A DNA stretch of 64,000 bases from Octopus vulgaris (taxonomy: Eukaryota): NCBI GenBank assembly GCA_951406725.2, contig OX597816.1, forward strand, positions 52,514,001-52,578,000, given 5' to 3'. The position numbers were made by a program, and so were the translations under genes. Shown here piece after piece: positions 41,440-53,689 of this stretch. Each line of letters starts with the position of its first letter. The stretch's first letter is position 1. Below the pieces are notes generated by a model. It was not told the origin of the DNA and did not search any database. It worked only from the letters and a program-made list of their open reading frames with translations.

Positions 41440-42092
41440 TAGTTTGTCTGTTGATGCGATGAAGACCATCTAGTCATCCTGGGGTGGGGGTGGGGTTGTT
41501 TTGTGAGTCCCCAGATTGCTAATGAGGCCAATCTGCACCCAAAAGAGTCTTTGACAGTGTGGACAGGGAATGGTAGCACTTGCTACAGGGTTGTTAGCTC
41601 TGTTCTTCCTTGCTTGTCTGCGGTGTTCTGCAGTAGCAATCCTATTGGTCTCGCATGTGTTGGCACCCTTGTGGGCAGCTGATCGCCACCCTTCTATGTC
41701 TAGAACAGACTGCTCCCAAGTGTCATGGTCGATGTTGAAGGCTTTCAGTGTGTCCTTAAAGCGCTTCTTCTAGCCGCCTTGTGAGCACTTTCCCTTTTGC
41801 AGCTTGCCAAAGAGCAATCTTTTTGGTAATCATTTGTCTGACATGCGAACTACGTGCTCTGCCCAGCGAAGCTGAGACTGCATCAAGATGGTATGGATGC
41901 TGGACAGGTTAGCACGTATTAGTACCTCAGTGTCCGGGATCCTGTCCTGCCACTTTATGCCGAGAAATTTTCCGAGGCGAATCGTATGAAAGTGGTTGTT
42001 TCCTGGCATGACGCTGGTAGACTGTCCAGAACTCACAGCCGTAAATCAGCATTGTGAGAACAACAGCCCGGTACACCTTGATCTTTGTCATG
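41440..42092 (-). mobile_element. RTE-BovB-like LINE 3' fragment (RT C-terminus and terminal Cys/His motif)
   Basis: TKIKVYRAVVLTMLIYGCEFWTVY, LGIKWQDRIPDTEVL, QLRWAEHVVRM, KKRFKDTLK, CPHCQR; contains frameshifts and stops. Confidence 0.88.
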
Positions 42093-42794
42093 ATGGTGAA
42101 ATAATAAACTGCAATAGGTGAACCATGATAGGTGAACCGCAATAGGTGAACCTCAATATGGTGAGGGATTATTGTACTTAACATTGTTATATGCTAAAAG
42201 ATTATTCAAAATCAGTAAGATTCTCATAGTCTATATTCTAACAATATTAAAGAATTCTCACCATTCTAATGAGTCATGAGAGAAAATTTTCTGGGGAAGC
42301 AACAAAGTATAAAACTCTTCTGTCAATTGTTAAAAAGATGGAAAATAAAATGGTTCCATCATGTGTAATATAATAAGACCATGGTACCCACCACCTCCAT
42401 TGTATGTGTTCCTGTAGTTTCAAGACCTTGGTAAAGAAAAAGAATTCTTTGATGGGGCAGTTGAACAATGTCAAGTAATGGAAAAGGGGAAGAGAGTAAA
42501 AAACATAAGATTGGCTGATGATTGGTGAAGATTGAAAAAGGAGAACATGTCACCTCTTGCTGTTGACCTAACGACCTCCTATGCTATTTATTCTGATTGA
42601 TTGATTCTGTATCGATCATTTTGAGATTAAAAAGTGTGGAAGATAAAGAAATGAAAGAAAACAAGTAAAATGGGATAACAAGAAACTAATGCATGAGGTG
42701 GGCTGAAAAGTTCATAGGCTGACTATGAAGGAATGATATTAAAGCTGTGAAATCTTGCATGTATTAATTTCGGCTCTTCTTATTAATAACTACA

Positions 42795-43390
42795 CATGAC
42801 CATCGAACGTTGGGCCTCACAGAGGCAGTGATGAAAGACTGAGACCTCTGGTGATATGCTGTGACTGTGAAAACCCGACAAATGCCATGAGTTCATGGCT
42901 GTTTCCTGCACCAGCTTCACATAGAAGCCCCAGCCCATCCAAAGTACCTTCGATTGCAGGATGGCCTGCTCTGCTTACTTTGAATCATAGGGCAACCTGC
43001 TGTGCTTGAAGAGACCTATTCAGTCAAGTACATCAACGTCAAAAAATCAAATGGAAATTGTAGTTGTGATACCTGTGCTGGTTGCACGTAAAAAGCACCA
43101 TCCGAATGTGGCCGATGCCAGCACCGCCTTGACTGGGTTCTGTGCCGGTGGCACGTAAGGAACACCAACCGATCATGGCCGTTGCCAGCCTCCCGTGGCA
43201 CCTGTGCCGCTGGCACATAAAAAGCACCCACTATACTCATGGAGTGGTTGGCGTTAGGAAGGGCATCCAGCAGTAGAAACACTGCCAGATCAGACTGGAG
43301 CCTGGTGCAGCCTCCTGGCTTCCCAGACACTGGTCGAACCATCCTACCAATGCTAACATGGAAAACGGACGTTAAACGATGATGATGATT
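42795..43390 (+). mobile_element. 5'-truncated RTE LINE (ORF end and complete 3' UTR) inserted in the mariner
   Basis: RTLGLTEA...DLW.YAVTVKTR remnant leads into the repeat ending gcatggaaaacggacgttaaacgatgatgat. This links the abundant (GAT)n-tailed repeat to an RTE ORF. Confidence 0.75.
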
Positions 43391-43811
43391 GTTTTTTTTT
43401 GGTGTCGGGGTCCAGCTAAACTCGCATCTGACTGTTCAAAAAAGACTTTAAAGGCTTCGCTTGAAAATGGACAAAATTTGGTATCATAGTGTTATCAAGT
43501 ATTTGCAGGAAAAGGGTTTAGCCTCCAAAAACATTCATGCTGACATGACTGCTATATTAGGGAATGACACCATGGCTTTATGAACAGTAGAAAAGTGAGC
43601 AGCTGAATTTAGGAGGGGAAAAGAAAGTTTTGAAGATGATCCAAGGTCTGAACATCCTCCACTTAACATCACTGAGGAAAACATTGATCATGTTCACCAC
43701 ATAGGGATAGATGACAGGCCATTGATTAGAAATCAAATAACCAATGCTATTAGCATATCAAGTGGGAGAGTTGAGAATATTCTGCTCAATAAACTTGGCA
43801 TGACAAATGTT

Positions 43812-44045
43812 TCTTATTTCTTTATTGCCCACAAGGGGCTAAACATATAGGGGACAAACAAGGACAGACAAAGGGATCAAGTCAATTGCGTCGACCCCAG
43901 TGCGTAACTGGTATTTAATTTATCGATCCCAAAGGGTGAAAGGCAAAGTCAACCTCAGTGGAATTTGAACTCAGAACATAATGGCAGACAAAATACCGCT
44001 AAGCATTTCACGCAGCGTGCTAACGCTTCTGCCAGTTTGCCGCTT
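43812..44045 (-). mobile_element. SINE family C inserted in the mariner transposase
   Basis: Flanked by imperfect repeats atgacaaatgtttct / atgacgaaggtttct. Confidence 0.8.
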
Positions 44046-45569
44046 TCAATGACGAAGGTTTCTGCTTGGTGGGTGCCACATCTGATCAAAATTGCACCAA
44101 GCTGATCACATCAAGGGAAAATCTGACATTGTTTGAAGTAGATCCAGGTAGTCTCCTTGAATGTTACCTAACCCAGGATGAGTGTTGAGTTCATCACTTT
44201 GAGCCAGAGACAAATAGACAATCCATGCAGTGGAAACACTCATCCTCACTCGATCCAAAGAAGGCCAAACTTATTTCATCTGCAGGGAAAGGGGTGATGG
44301 CCTCAGTATTTTGGAATGCAAAAGGCATTGTATGCATTGACTATCTTCAAAAGGCCACACCATCAATAGAAAGTACTATGCAAACTTGCTGAGGCAATAA
44401 TGAAAGGTTATCAAGACCAAATGCCTAGGAAACTGAAACTGATAAAAGGTTTCTTGTTTCATTAGGACAATGCTTTAGCACTCCAGTCCTTGGTTTCAAT
44501 GGCTGTTGTATGGGAATATGGGTTTGAACTGGTTGATCAACCTCCCTATTCTCCTGATTTGGCCCCATCTGACTGCCATCTATTCCATTAACATGAAACA
44601 ACACTTGGCTGGGAACCAATATCACAGTGACGATGATGTTATGTCTGTTGTTGATGACTTTTTTGAGCAACAGGATGAAAGATACTTCACCAATAGGATC
44701 CAAACACTGCAACACCAATGACAGAAGTGTGTGGACCACATGGCAGACTAAGTCTAAAAATAAATCTCACTTGGTCTCCTTTTATGAGAGCATTTTGGTC
44801 AGCCTATGAAATTTTCAGCCAACCTTCATTATAGCTTTACATTTGAAGGTTAAATCTTTCATGTAAAAGTACATGCCTTTTTATTATTATCAAAATGAAA
44901 GAACACCAACGTGTTTAGTGACTGAAGCCATAAATGAGAAAAATAAAAATACATTTCCAATGTGTAAACTGTGTTTTGTTACTTGAGAACAAACCGAATG
45001 ACACACTTATAAAAGCTGATTATAGCTCCAGTGCTAGAGGCATGACCATAGCTCATTAAATATGTGCAATAAATAGTTATTGCAAGAGGTAAAAAATGAA
45101 ATCAGCAGCAAAGCTGAATAGATTTCTGTAACTTATTTTCAAAGCAAAACCTTATAAGTTAGCTGAGAATAGTTTCCATAAAAATCCTACAGGTAGCCAT
45201 TTCTACTATTTTCGAATAGCCTTTTAACTAAATAACTTTAACTTGCATCAGAAAAGATGACAGAGGAGTGTTGCATATTTTCTTCCATCACCAGTTTCTT
45301 AAGTTGATCAGCAATCTTAGCACTACTATTTGCCACCAGGGACTTGACCATCATTTCAGAAGTTTACCCACAGTTCATCCTATCATGGGAAGTTCCCAGA
45401 TGATGACTTGACTGATAGAAAATTCTGGGGTGTCAGATGGAGCAATGATATCTGGAACACAGTCGTAAGTCTACTCTATCATTATTGACCCAAGACTGAA
45501 TAAAAAAAAAAATTATGCTGTACTTAACAATATTCTAAGTTCAAATAGAGAATGCTACACATATAGACA

Positions 45570-45686
45570 TACTAAACTATGCCCAGAAAACGGCAACTCA
45601 TCTAATTGGCATAAAGTGAGACAAGCTGACTGACAGGTGACGGTCGTTTAGAAAAAGCGCGGGCTGAAACTACGCGCCTTCACTAG
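45570..45686 (+). mobile_element. Short Helitron-like 3' end
   Basis: GC-rich hairpin gcgcg...cgcgc followed by cactag|t. Confidence 0.4.
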
Positions 45687-45709
45687 TCAGTTAAGGTGAG
45701 ACAGTGTCA

Positions 45710-46244
45710 TGTGACAACTTGCCGGGGCTGCCTGCTGGAGCCTATGCAGCAGGTATTTAAAGGGAGAAATTTGACAAGACAGTCAGTCACCGGCTGACAC
45801 TCGCTGATGATACATTGAAGAGGCCAGGGAACAGAAGAAAGAAGACATGCACCCAACACCAGAGCTGAAGACACCTCCGAAGGGGGGGGGCTGCCACGTC
45901 AAAACGGTAGAGGAGTAGGGGCCGAAACCGGACGTGGTTCCTCCTGATGATGTCTTGAGCTAACTGGATCCTATAAAAGAGCTGTTGTGGTAGCAGACCA
46001 CGAAACATGGTTGTAATTCCTAAAGACATTCTCCAATTCTGACTCACAGACATACTGTCTCTGCCATTTCTACCACTATCACAACGGCTTCTTCTCCACT
46101 CATGTATCCCTGTTCCAGATTTCTTTCCTCCACTTATCACTCTGATTGTGTTGAACCTCTCAGGCCTTGCACTAATCCCTACACCGAGTCCTTCTAAGAA
46201 CACTGATCCTCTAGGTTTTCCTCCTAGCTTATGTCTTTTCCACA
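45710..46244 (+). mobile_element. Possible solo LTR-like GC-richer insert
   Basis: TGTG...CACA ends and an internal TATAAAAG at about 45972; no convincing TSD. Confidence 0.35.
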
Positions 46245-47754
46245 GGTGTTGACTTACAAAAGTTCAAGAAGAACATAAATGGCATGAATCTCACCAGCCC
46301 AGGAGGGCTCACATAAACTATCGGAAACACCCATACCTTCAGACTCATCTTGTAATGGAAAAAAATAATTTCTCTTATTCTAAACAGTAGCAATAGATTT
46401 TTATTGTAAGTTTGATAAATTATAGAAAAATAAGTAGATAAATTATAGAAAACTGACACGTGTGCTTCTTTAAAAATGTTACTTCCAAACTTCTATGTAT
46501 TTTTTTTTTTTACCCAGAATTATTATCAATATATTATTACTTGTTGGCATGTGTGCATGTGATAATTTACAGTATTTTTTTTCAATTAATTTTTAAAATT
46601 CGTGTAAAATTTGATTTTTCATGCAATTTAATAAAATTCCCAATATTTTTTTCTTTTCGGTTATTTTTATATCTTATTCAAAAATAAAGGTTAAGATGTT
46701 TGGAAAAGTTTTACATAATTTTTGGAAATGCTAAACAGTTTCTCATATAAGAGATACAAGTATTTTTTTCTCCAGAAATATATGAAGTGAAAATAAAATA
46801 AAATTTAAATCTTAAATGCAAACTTATGTATAATTTTTAAATTGTTGTTTAAAATTGAAAACTTTGAATGCATATAATAATAATTGCCTCTCAAAATTGA
46901 ATAAAGAAAAGTAAAAATATCAAGGTTTTGCCAGAAAAGATTGCAGTGAAATGAAGCAGCAAAATTTATTTAAACACTGAAGGTTACAAACCTTAATTTA
47001 GCTCCATCTTATTATTTGCCTAATTTATCAGTGTTATTGTTGAATGGAAAGATCGCTAATTAGCAACATTAGCAATAAACATGGCGGTGTGGTTATGGAG
47101 TTCGCTTTGCATCTATATGATTTCAGCTTCAATTATATCATGTAACACCTTATGCAAGTATCTTCTACCAGAGCCTAAGCCTTGTTAGTGAATTGACAGA
47201 AATTGTATGGGAGCCTATTGGAGTGACTATCTCTGTTCCTCATTTAAAGAGTTAAACAGTTGCCCAGTTAAAAACCAACATTTGGATACTGTATGCTTTT
47301 ACTGGAGTTCACTTTGTTACAAGCATTCAAACCAGGTATCTTATTTGAGGATAACGTCTTTCTTTCCTTTTAGCAGTCTTAGAGGCCTTGGAAATGGTCA
47401 TGAGTACTGCATTTTCTCTTATGAGCAAGTCTTATAAAAAAAATAATACAACCCTACAAATACTTTGAGTGTACATAAGACAACAGGCAAAATTAAGTTT
47501 CCTCAAGATGCTAAGCATTTTGTTTTTTAATGAGGTACAGAGTCACTTATGCTGTTGAGAAGCAAATGTTAATTAATTGAATTCATTCATTTAAAATCTG
47601 CTTTCTTCCCAACTGCAAGATTTCTCTCACAAATCATTGGTGAAACCAGAGCTACAGTGGAAGATATTCAGGGTAGTATGCAACAGAAGTGAAAACAGAA
47701 CCATGTGATTGTGGAGTAAACTTCATAATTCACACAGCTAAACCTAAATGTTTC

Positions 47755-48043
47755 CTGAAGCACAGCTCTCATGACTTCAGGAAACATTTTTTCACGCTGA
47801 GAGTTGCTGAAGCATGGAACAAACTGCCGGCATCAGTTGTTAGTTGTCCGAGCACTGCATCCTTCAAAACTTCCATGCTTTCTGAGATTTGCCAACACTA
47901 CACCTGATTTTCTCCCCTCCATACACACACAAGCATGTATCTGACTCATGCGTTGTTCGCTTTCCAGACATTTGTACATTACTGCATATACTCTGACAAG
48001 TTGTGGTGCACCTGAGCACTGTATACAATAATTTCATTATTAT
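47755..48043 (+). mobile_element. CR1-clade LINE extreme 3' fragment (second family)
   Basis: RKHFFTLRVAEAWNKLPASVVSCPSTASFK, followed by a 3' UTR and a short (ATT)n tail. Confidence 0.8.
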
Positions 48044-48294
48044 TTATATGTATATTGGTACAGCTCGAAAATCATAGCATCAAACAGATATTATGTAGTA
48101 TTGTGTTCTCTTGCTGGTTACATCTATTTACATCAACTTTGGCTTTGCTTTCATTCCCTTACAAAGTCAATATTAAATGTATCAAACAAAATAATTTAAT
48201 TAACTAAAAGCAATCAAGATGGTATCAGATGGCTGTAGTCCAATGACGGAAACCAGTAAAAGAATAAAAGAAGAGTATTAATACTAAAATTTAT

Positions 48295-48454
48295 AGGAGT
48301 GGCTGTGTGGTAAGTAGCTTGCTTACCAGCCACATGGTTCCGGGTTCAGTCCGACTGCGTGGCACCTTGGGCAAGTGTCTTCAACTATAGCCTCGGGCCG
48401 ACCAAAGCCTTGTGAGTGGATTTGGTAGACAGAAACTGAAAGAAGCCCATCGTA

Positions 48455-48506
<52 letters not shown>

Positions 48507-48726
48507 CGTGTATATGTTTGTATGTCTGTGTTTGTCCCTCCCCCCCCAACATCGCTTGACAACCAATGCTGGTGTGTTTATGTCCCCGTAACTTAGCGGT
48601 TTGGCAAAAGAGACCGATAGAATAAGTACTAAGCTTACAAAGAATAAGTCCTGGGGTCGATTTGCTTGACTAAAGGCAGTGCTCCAGCATGGCCACAGTC
48701 AAATGACTGAAAAAAGTAAAAGAGTG
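48295..48726 (+). mobile_element. SINE family B
   Basis: Colinear with 33450-33848. Confidence 0.85.
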
Positions 48727-48996
48727 ATGAGGAATTATGGGTAAATTGGTTAGTTTCCAATTTACTTGTTGGCTAAATTTAATGGTATGTACATAAATCA
48801 TAAAGGCTATAAAAGTAGATTAGATAATTGGATTTAGGTGTAAATAGCATATACCGCTGAGCAATTAAACAGTACTAAACTAAGAAAAAGTATGAAATAT
48901 TGCTAAATATTTCAAAATCATCAATATCAAGAAAAAGAAGCTCCTTGCGGGTAATGTCGATGGTAATATAACGGAAACAACAACTCTCAAATATTA

Positions 48997-49389
48997 TCTC
49001 TCTATATATAAAGCTGAAGTTGTCTGTGTATGGCAGGTTTGGTAGCCTTCAACTAACACTATCTCTTCCGAGACCCTGTGGTGCTAGTTGACCAAAATTG
49101 AGAGTATGATAGAAGAAGGCTTGCTCTTCCTTCCGTAGAAGAAAAAATTCAAATCGAACCATGTTAACATCAAAAATTATTTACATCAAAAAGGTGCTTT
49201 TTCTCTATAACAATCCCTATTTTTTACGATTTTTTGACTGCTGTGTCACCATTTTTTGGTGTATTTCAATCAGAAAAATGTTCTCTTAAAGGGAATAACA
49301 AGCTACATAATGCAAAATATATCCTTTCCAAAATTTCCAATTCTAAAGCATCAAAACAAACCCGAGCATTGCCGGGCAATACTCTTAGT
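48997..49389 (+). mobile_element. Non-autonomous Helitron
   Basis: A|TCTCTCTATATATAAA start; 3' hairpin cccgagcattgccggg followed by cttag|t. Confidence 0.7.
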
Positions 49390-49814
49390 AGTATATACCA
49401 CTGATCAATTAAACTGTACTAAACTAAGAAAAATTATGGAATATTGCTAAATATTTCAAAGTCATTAATATTAAGAAAAAGAAGCTCCGTGCAGGTAATG
49501 TTGATGATAATATAATGGAAACAACAACTTTCAAATTTGATATTCTGATAACTTGCTAAATCTTTGGCAAGCAATGTCACAATTCAGACAACTTGCAGGA
49601 GTCCATTTTCACTATGTTAGCAAGATTATCTATATTTCCAGTTACTTCATCAGCAGCAGCATCCTTAGTTCAACATCTACTTCTCCATGCTTGCAGAGAG
49701 AATTTATTGAGACAAATTTTCTACAGCTGGATAATCTTCATCTTATCACCAGCTCCCATCTGTTTCCAAGTCAGAGGATATTTTTCCTCAGCCCAGACAC
49801 TTTTTTTGTTTTTC

Positions 49815-50163
49815 ACACATCAACATCAAAATAAATATCAAATGGAAATTGTAGTTGTGATACCTGTGCCGGTGACACGTAAAAAGCACAATCCAAACGT
49901 GGCCGATGCCAGCGCCACCTTGACTGACTTCTGTGCTGGTAGCACGTAAAAACACCAACCAATCGTGGCCGCTGCCAACCTCCCCTGGCACGTAGAAAGC
50001 ACCCACTACACTCATGGAGTGGTTGGCGTTAGGAAGGGCATCCAGCTGTAGAAACACTGCCAGATCAGACTAGAGTCTGGTGCAGCCTCCTGGCTTCCCA
50101 GGTCCCGGTTGAACCGTCCAACCCATGCTAGCATGGAAAACGGACGTTAAACGATGATGATGA
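49815..50163 (+). mobile_element. RTE 3' UTR-derived repeat
   Basis: Same family, with (GAT)n tail. Confidence 0.8.
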
Positions 50164-50580
50164 CTACAAGCAAATAACACCACTTACATTACGGTGAAGC
50201 TTGTATAAAACACAGATACACACACACACGCACACACACATGTATTTATGTATGTAAGTATGCATGCATTCTCTCTTTCCAGCTGGGTTGGCCATGTATC
50301 TCCTTGGCAGCAAAAGACATGTTTCTGTTTCCTACCTACCATTGCACTTGAACTTCTCAATACCTGGCATAAATACGCCTTCCTCAACACTACACCCTAA
50401 CTCAATTGAGTGGTCATGTCTCGACCTCACTAGCACCAGTGCCACAAAAGGGCTACCGGTAAATTCTGTGAAGTTGTGGTCAAAAGCATCTGACTACAGA
50501 AACCATGTAAAAGTACATATTGTAGCTCAATACAGTCCTGCAGAACCTTTGAACTCAGGCCGGCATGGGATATGGATATT

Positions 50581-51171
50581 ACAATGAGTTGCTGAAAAGT
50601 TCATGGCTTCAAGAATATCATGAAAGGCCTGGTTGGAGGCCCAACCTTCCAAATTCTTTTATAAAACTGAAGGACCAATGCAATAGGAGTGGCTGTGTGG
50701 TAAGTAGCTTGCTTACCAACCACATGGTTCTGGGTTCAGTCCCACTGCGTGGCACCTTGGGCAAGTGTCTTCTACTATAGCCTCGGGCCGACCAAAGTCT
50801 TGTGAGTGGATTCGGTAGACGGAAACTGAAAGAAGCATGTCGTATCTATGTACATACATGCGTGTGTGTGTTTATGTGTTTGTGTTTGTCCCCACCAACA
50901 TCGCTTGACAACCAATGGTGGTGTGTTTACGGCCCCGTAACTTAGCGGTTCGGCAAAAGGGACTGATAAAATAAGTACTAGGCTTACAACAAATAAGTCC
51001 TGGGGTTGATTTGCTCGACTAAAGGTGGTGCTCCAGTACGGCCACAGTCAAATAACTGAAACAAGTAAAAGAGTAATCTGAGAAGAGGATATGTGGAATA
51101 AAATCATAATTAACTGAACCTCCTGTAGTTTCTCTTACCCAAAGCCAAAAACTTTTCAGCACACCCTTGCA
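50581..51171. mobile_element. Mariner-derived MITE interrupted by a SINE (50685-51075)
   Basis: Inverted ends gctgaaaagttcatggctt / aagccaaaaacttttcagc resemble the mariner TIR; no ORF. Confidence 0.55.
50685..51075 (+). mobile_element. SINE family B
   Basis: Colinear; lies inside the mariner-derived MITE. Confidence 0.85.
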
Positions 51172-51979
51172 AATGGTGATAGTAATGGTGGTGATGATAC
51201 AGCAGACTTGTTTTTCAGTTTTTGCCAACCACATCCACTCACAAGGCTTTGGTTAGCCTAGGGTTATAATAAAAGACATTTGTCTAAGTGCCACACAATT
51301 ACCACAACATTAGTGACTCAAAACCATGTGATAGACATATGAATTTCTTAACCACATAGGCATGGCTGTCCCTGTTATATTAGTTGTTTTAATTTCTCAT
51401 GATAATGCTGATGTCTCAGAAAGTCAATTTAGATATCTTTCTGTCAGTAAACTAATTGTCTTGCATAAAATACAATCACACTTTCAAATGATCATAGTTG
51501 AGACATTTTCACTGATTGGCCAGCTAGTATGAAATACTAACCAGTCAGCTAGCCAAAATGTCTATGTGCTTGTCTATCTTTAGGTATTTAGTAGGTTGTT
51601 TCCCCAATTTCTTAAAGTACAAAACTCTCAATTAGCTCAATCTAATTACTCATCACTACTTACACCAAAGTCCAATCATCTAATGTTCTTTTGTATAATT
51701 ATTTACATCTCATTAAATTAAGCCAAGTAATTTGAAATCTAACTAATTCACTATATATTTAACCTTCATTAGTTCTTTACAGAATTAATCTATAATTTTT
51801 CTAGAAACTAAGGCAGCAGCTGCATGCTTTGGAATATATTTTGTATTAGAATCAAATAATTTGCTAATTAGTTGGTTTTTTTTTAATTACCAATAATTTT
51901 GAAACTATTTTTTTAAAAAATCAAATGTTTCGATATTCAACTCAATTATTTAAAAAAAAGTATTTTAATCTTAAATATT

Positions 51980-52560
51980 CATTTCTACTCTAAGCACAAG
52001 ACCTGAAATTTTGGGGGAAGGGACCATTCGATTAGATCAACCCCAGTACTCAATTGGTACTTAATTTATCGACCCTGAAAGGATGAAAGGCAAAGTCAGC
52101 ATCGGTGGAATTTGAACTCAGAATGCAAAGACATGAAATACTTATTTCTTTACTACTCACAAGGGGCTAAACACAGAGGGGACAAACAAGGACAGACAAA
52201 CGGTTTAAGTCGATTATATTGACCCCAGTGCATAACTGGTACTTAATTTATCGACCCCGTAAGGATGAAAGGCAAAGTTGACCTCGGTGGAATTTGAACT
52301 CAGAATGTAGCGGCAGATGAAATACCTATTTCTTTACTACCAAACAAGAGGTTAAACACAGAGAGGACAAACAAGGACAGACAAACGGATTAAGTCGATT
52401 ACATCGACCCCAGTGCGTAACTGGTACTTATCTAATCGATCCCAAAAGGATGAAAGGCAAAGTCAACCTTGGCGGAATTTGAACTCAGAATGTAGCGGCA
52501 AACGAAATACCGTAAAGCATCTCGCCTGGCATGCTAACGTTTCTGCCGGCTGGCCGCCTT
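51980..52560 (-). mobile_element. SINE family C trimer whose last unit has an alternative tail
   Basis: One head, two tail-1 bodies and one tail-2 body. Confidence 0.8.
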
Positions 52561-52813
52561 AGGGATACCAAATAATGCAAGAAAATGGATATGATTTCTA
52601 TAAAGAGATTTAAAGTCTTCACAAGATATTTGAATTACAAAACAAATCCTATATTTTCTAGTCTGAAAGAATGGTTGCCTGGTTGAATAGTTTACTTTGG
52701 AACCATATGTTTTCAGGTTGCCCTTCCTTTATGTCATCTTGTGCAAGTACCTTCTTCTACAGCCTTAAGTTGGCCAATATGTGAATTTGATAGAAAGAAA
52801 CTATTTGAAAGCC

Positions 52814-52817
<4 letters not shown>

Positions 52818-52888
<71 letters not shown>

Positions 52889-52919
52889 CATATATATATA
52901 TATACATATATATATATAC

Positions 52920-52950
<31 letters not shown>

Positions 52951-52971
52951 CATATATATATATACATATAC

Positions 52972-53016
<45 letters not shown>

Positions 53017-53017
53017 C

Positions 53018-53076
<59 letters not shown>

Positions 53077-53077
53077 T
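52818..53077. repeat. (TA)n/(TACA) microsatellite
   Basis: Direct inspection. Confidence 0.97.
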
Positions 53078-53079
53078 TC

Positions 53080-53255
53080 TTTTACTCTTTTTCTTGTTTC
53101 AGTCATTTGACTGCGACCATGCTGGAGCACCACCTTTAGTCGAGCAAATTGACACCAGGACTTATTGTTTGTAAGCGTAGTAGTTATTTTATTGGTCGTA
53201 AACACACCAGCATCGGTTGTCAAGCGATGTTTGGGGGTACAAACACAGGCACACA

Positions 53256-53293
<38 letters not shown>

Positions 53294-53447
53294 ACGGGCT
53301 TCTTTCAGATTCCGTCTACCAAATCCATTCACAAGGCTTTGGTCAGCCCAAGGCTATAGTAGAAGACACTTGCCCAAGGTGCCACACAGTGAGACTGAAC
53401 CCGGAACCACGTGGCTGGTAAGCAAGCTACTTACCACACGGCCACTT
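53080..53447 (-). mobile_element. SINE family B
   Basis: Colinear, reverse orientation, with a small internal deletion. Confidence 0.8.
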
Positions 53448-53689
53448 ACTTATATAATTAATAAAAAAAATGGAGAAAAACAAGAAAAACAACAATGCAA
53501 GGACGTGGTACATGCAAAGGATTAATAAGATGCTTAGGGAAGGAAAGAAAGGGTGTTTTACGTTTTGAGCAAAGATCTTCTTCAGAAACAGAGAAGTGCA
53601 TAAGAAAAGGAAGGCAGAGGGAAAAAAATCGCCAACAATCCACATGTAGTTACATTTTAGAATGACTGGAAGAAGATGGCCATACGTGC

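Larger units (their letters stand above)
40886..42174. mobile_element. pogo/Tigger-like non-autonomous DNA transposon hosting nested insertions
   Basis: TA|cagtaattcctcgaatattg at the left end and caatatggtgagggattattg|TA at the right end form imperfect TIRs. The subterminal motif ataggtgaa is repeated at both ends. Confidence 0.65.
42692..44829 (+). mobile_element. Full-length but decayed mariner (DD34D) transposon with nested RTE and SINE insertions
   Basis: Inverted termini ggctgaaaagttcataggctgac / gtcagcctatgaaattttcagcc. The transposase pseudogene has the motifs EDDPRS, WVPH, TQDE, HFEPE, SAGK.MASVFW, DNA and YSPDLAPSD. Confidence 0.92.

Noticed and set aside
45787-46203. 138-aa minus-strand ORF
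   Set aside because: No recognisable domain; lies within an LTR-like repeat.
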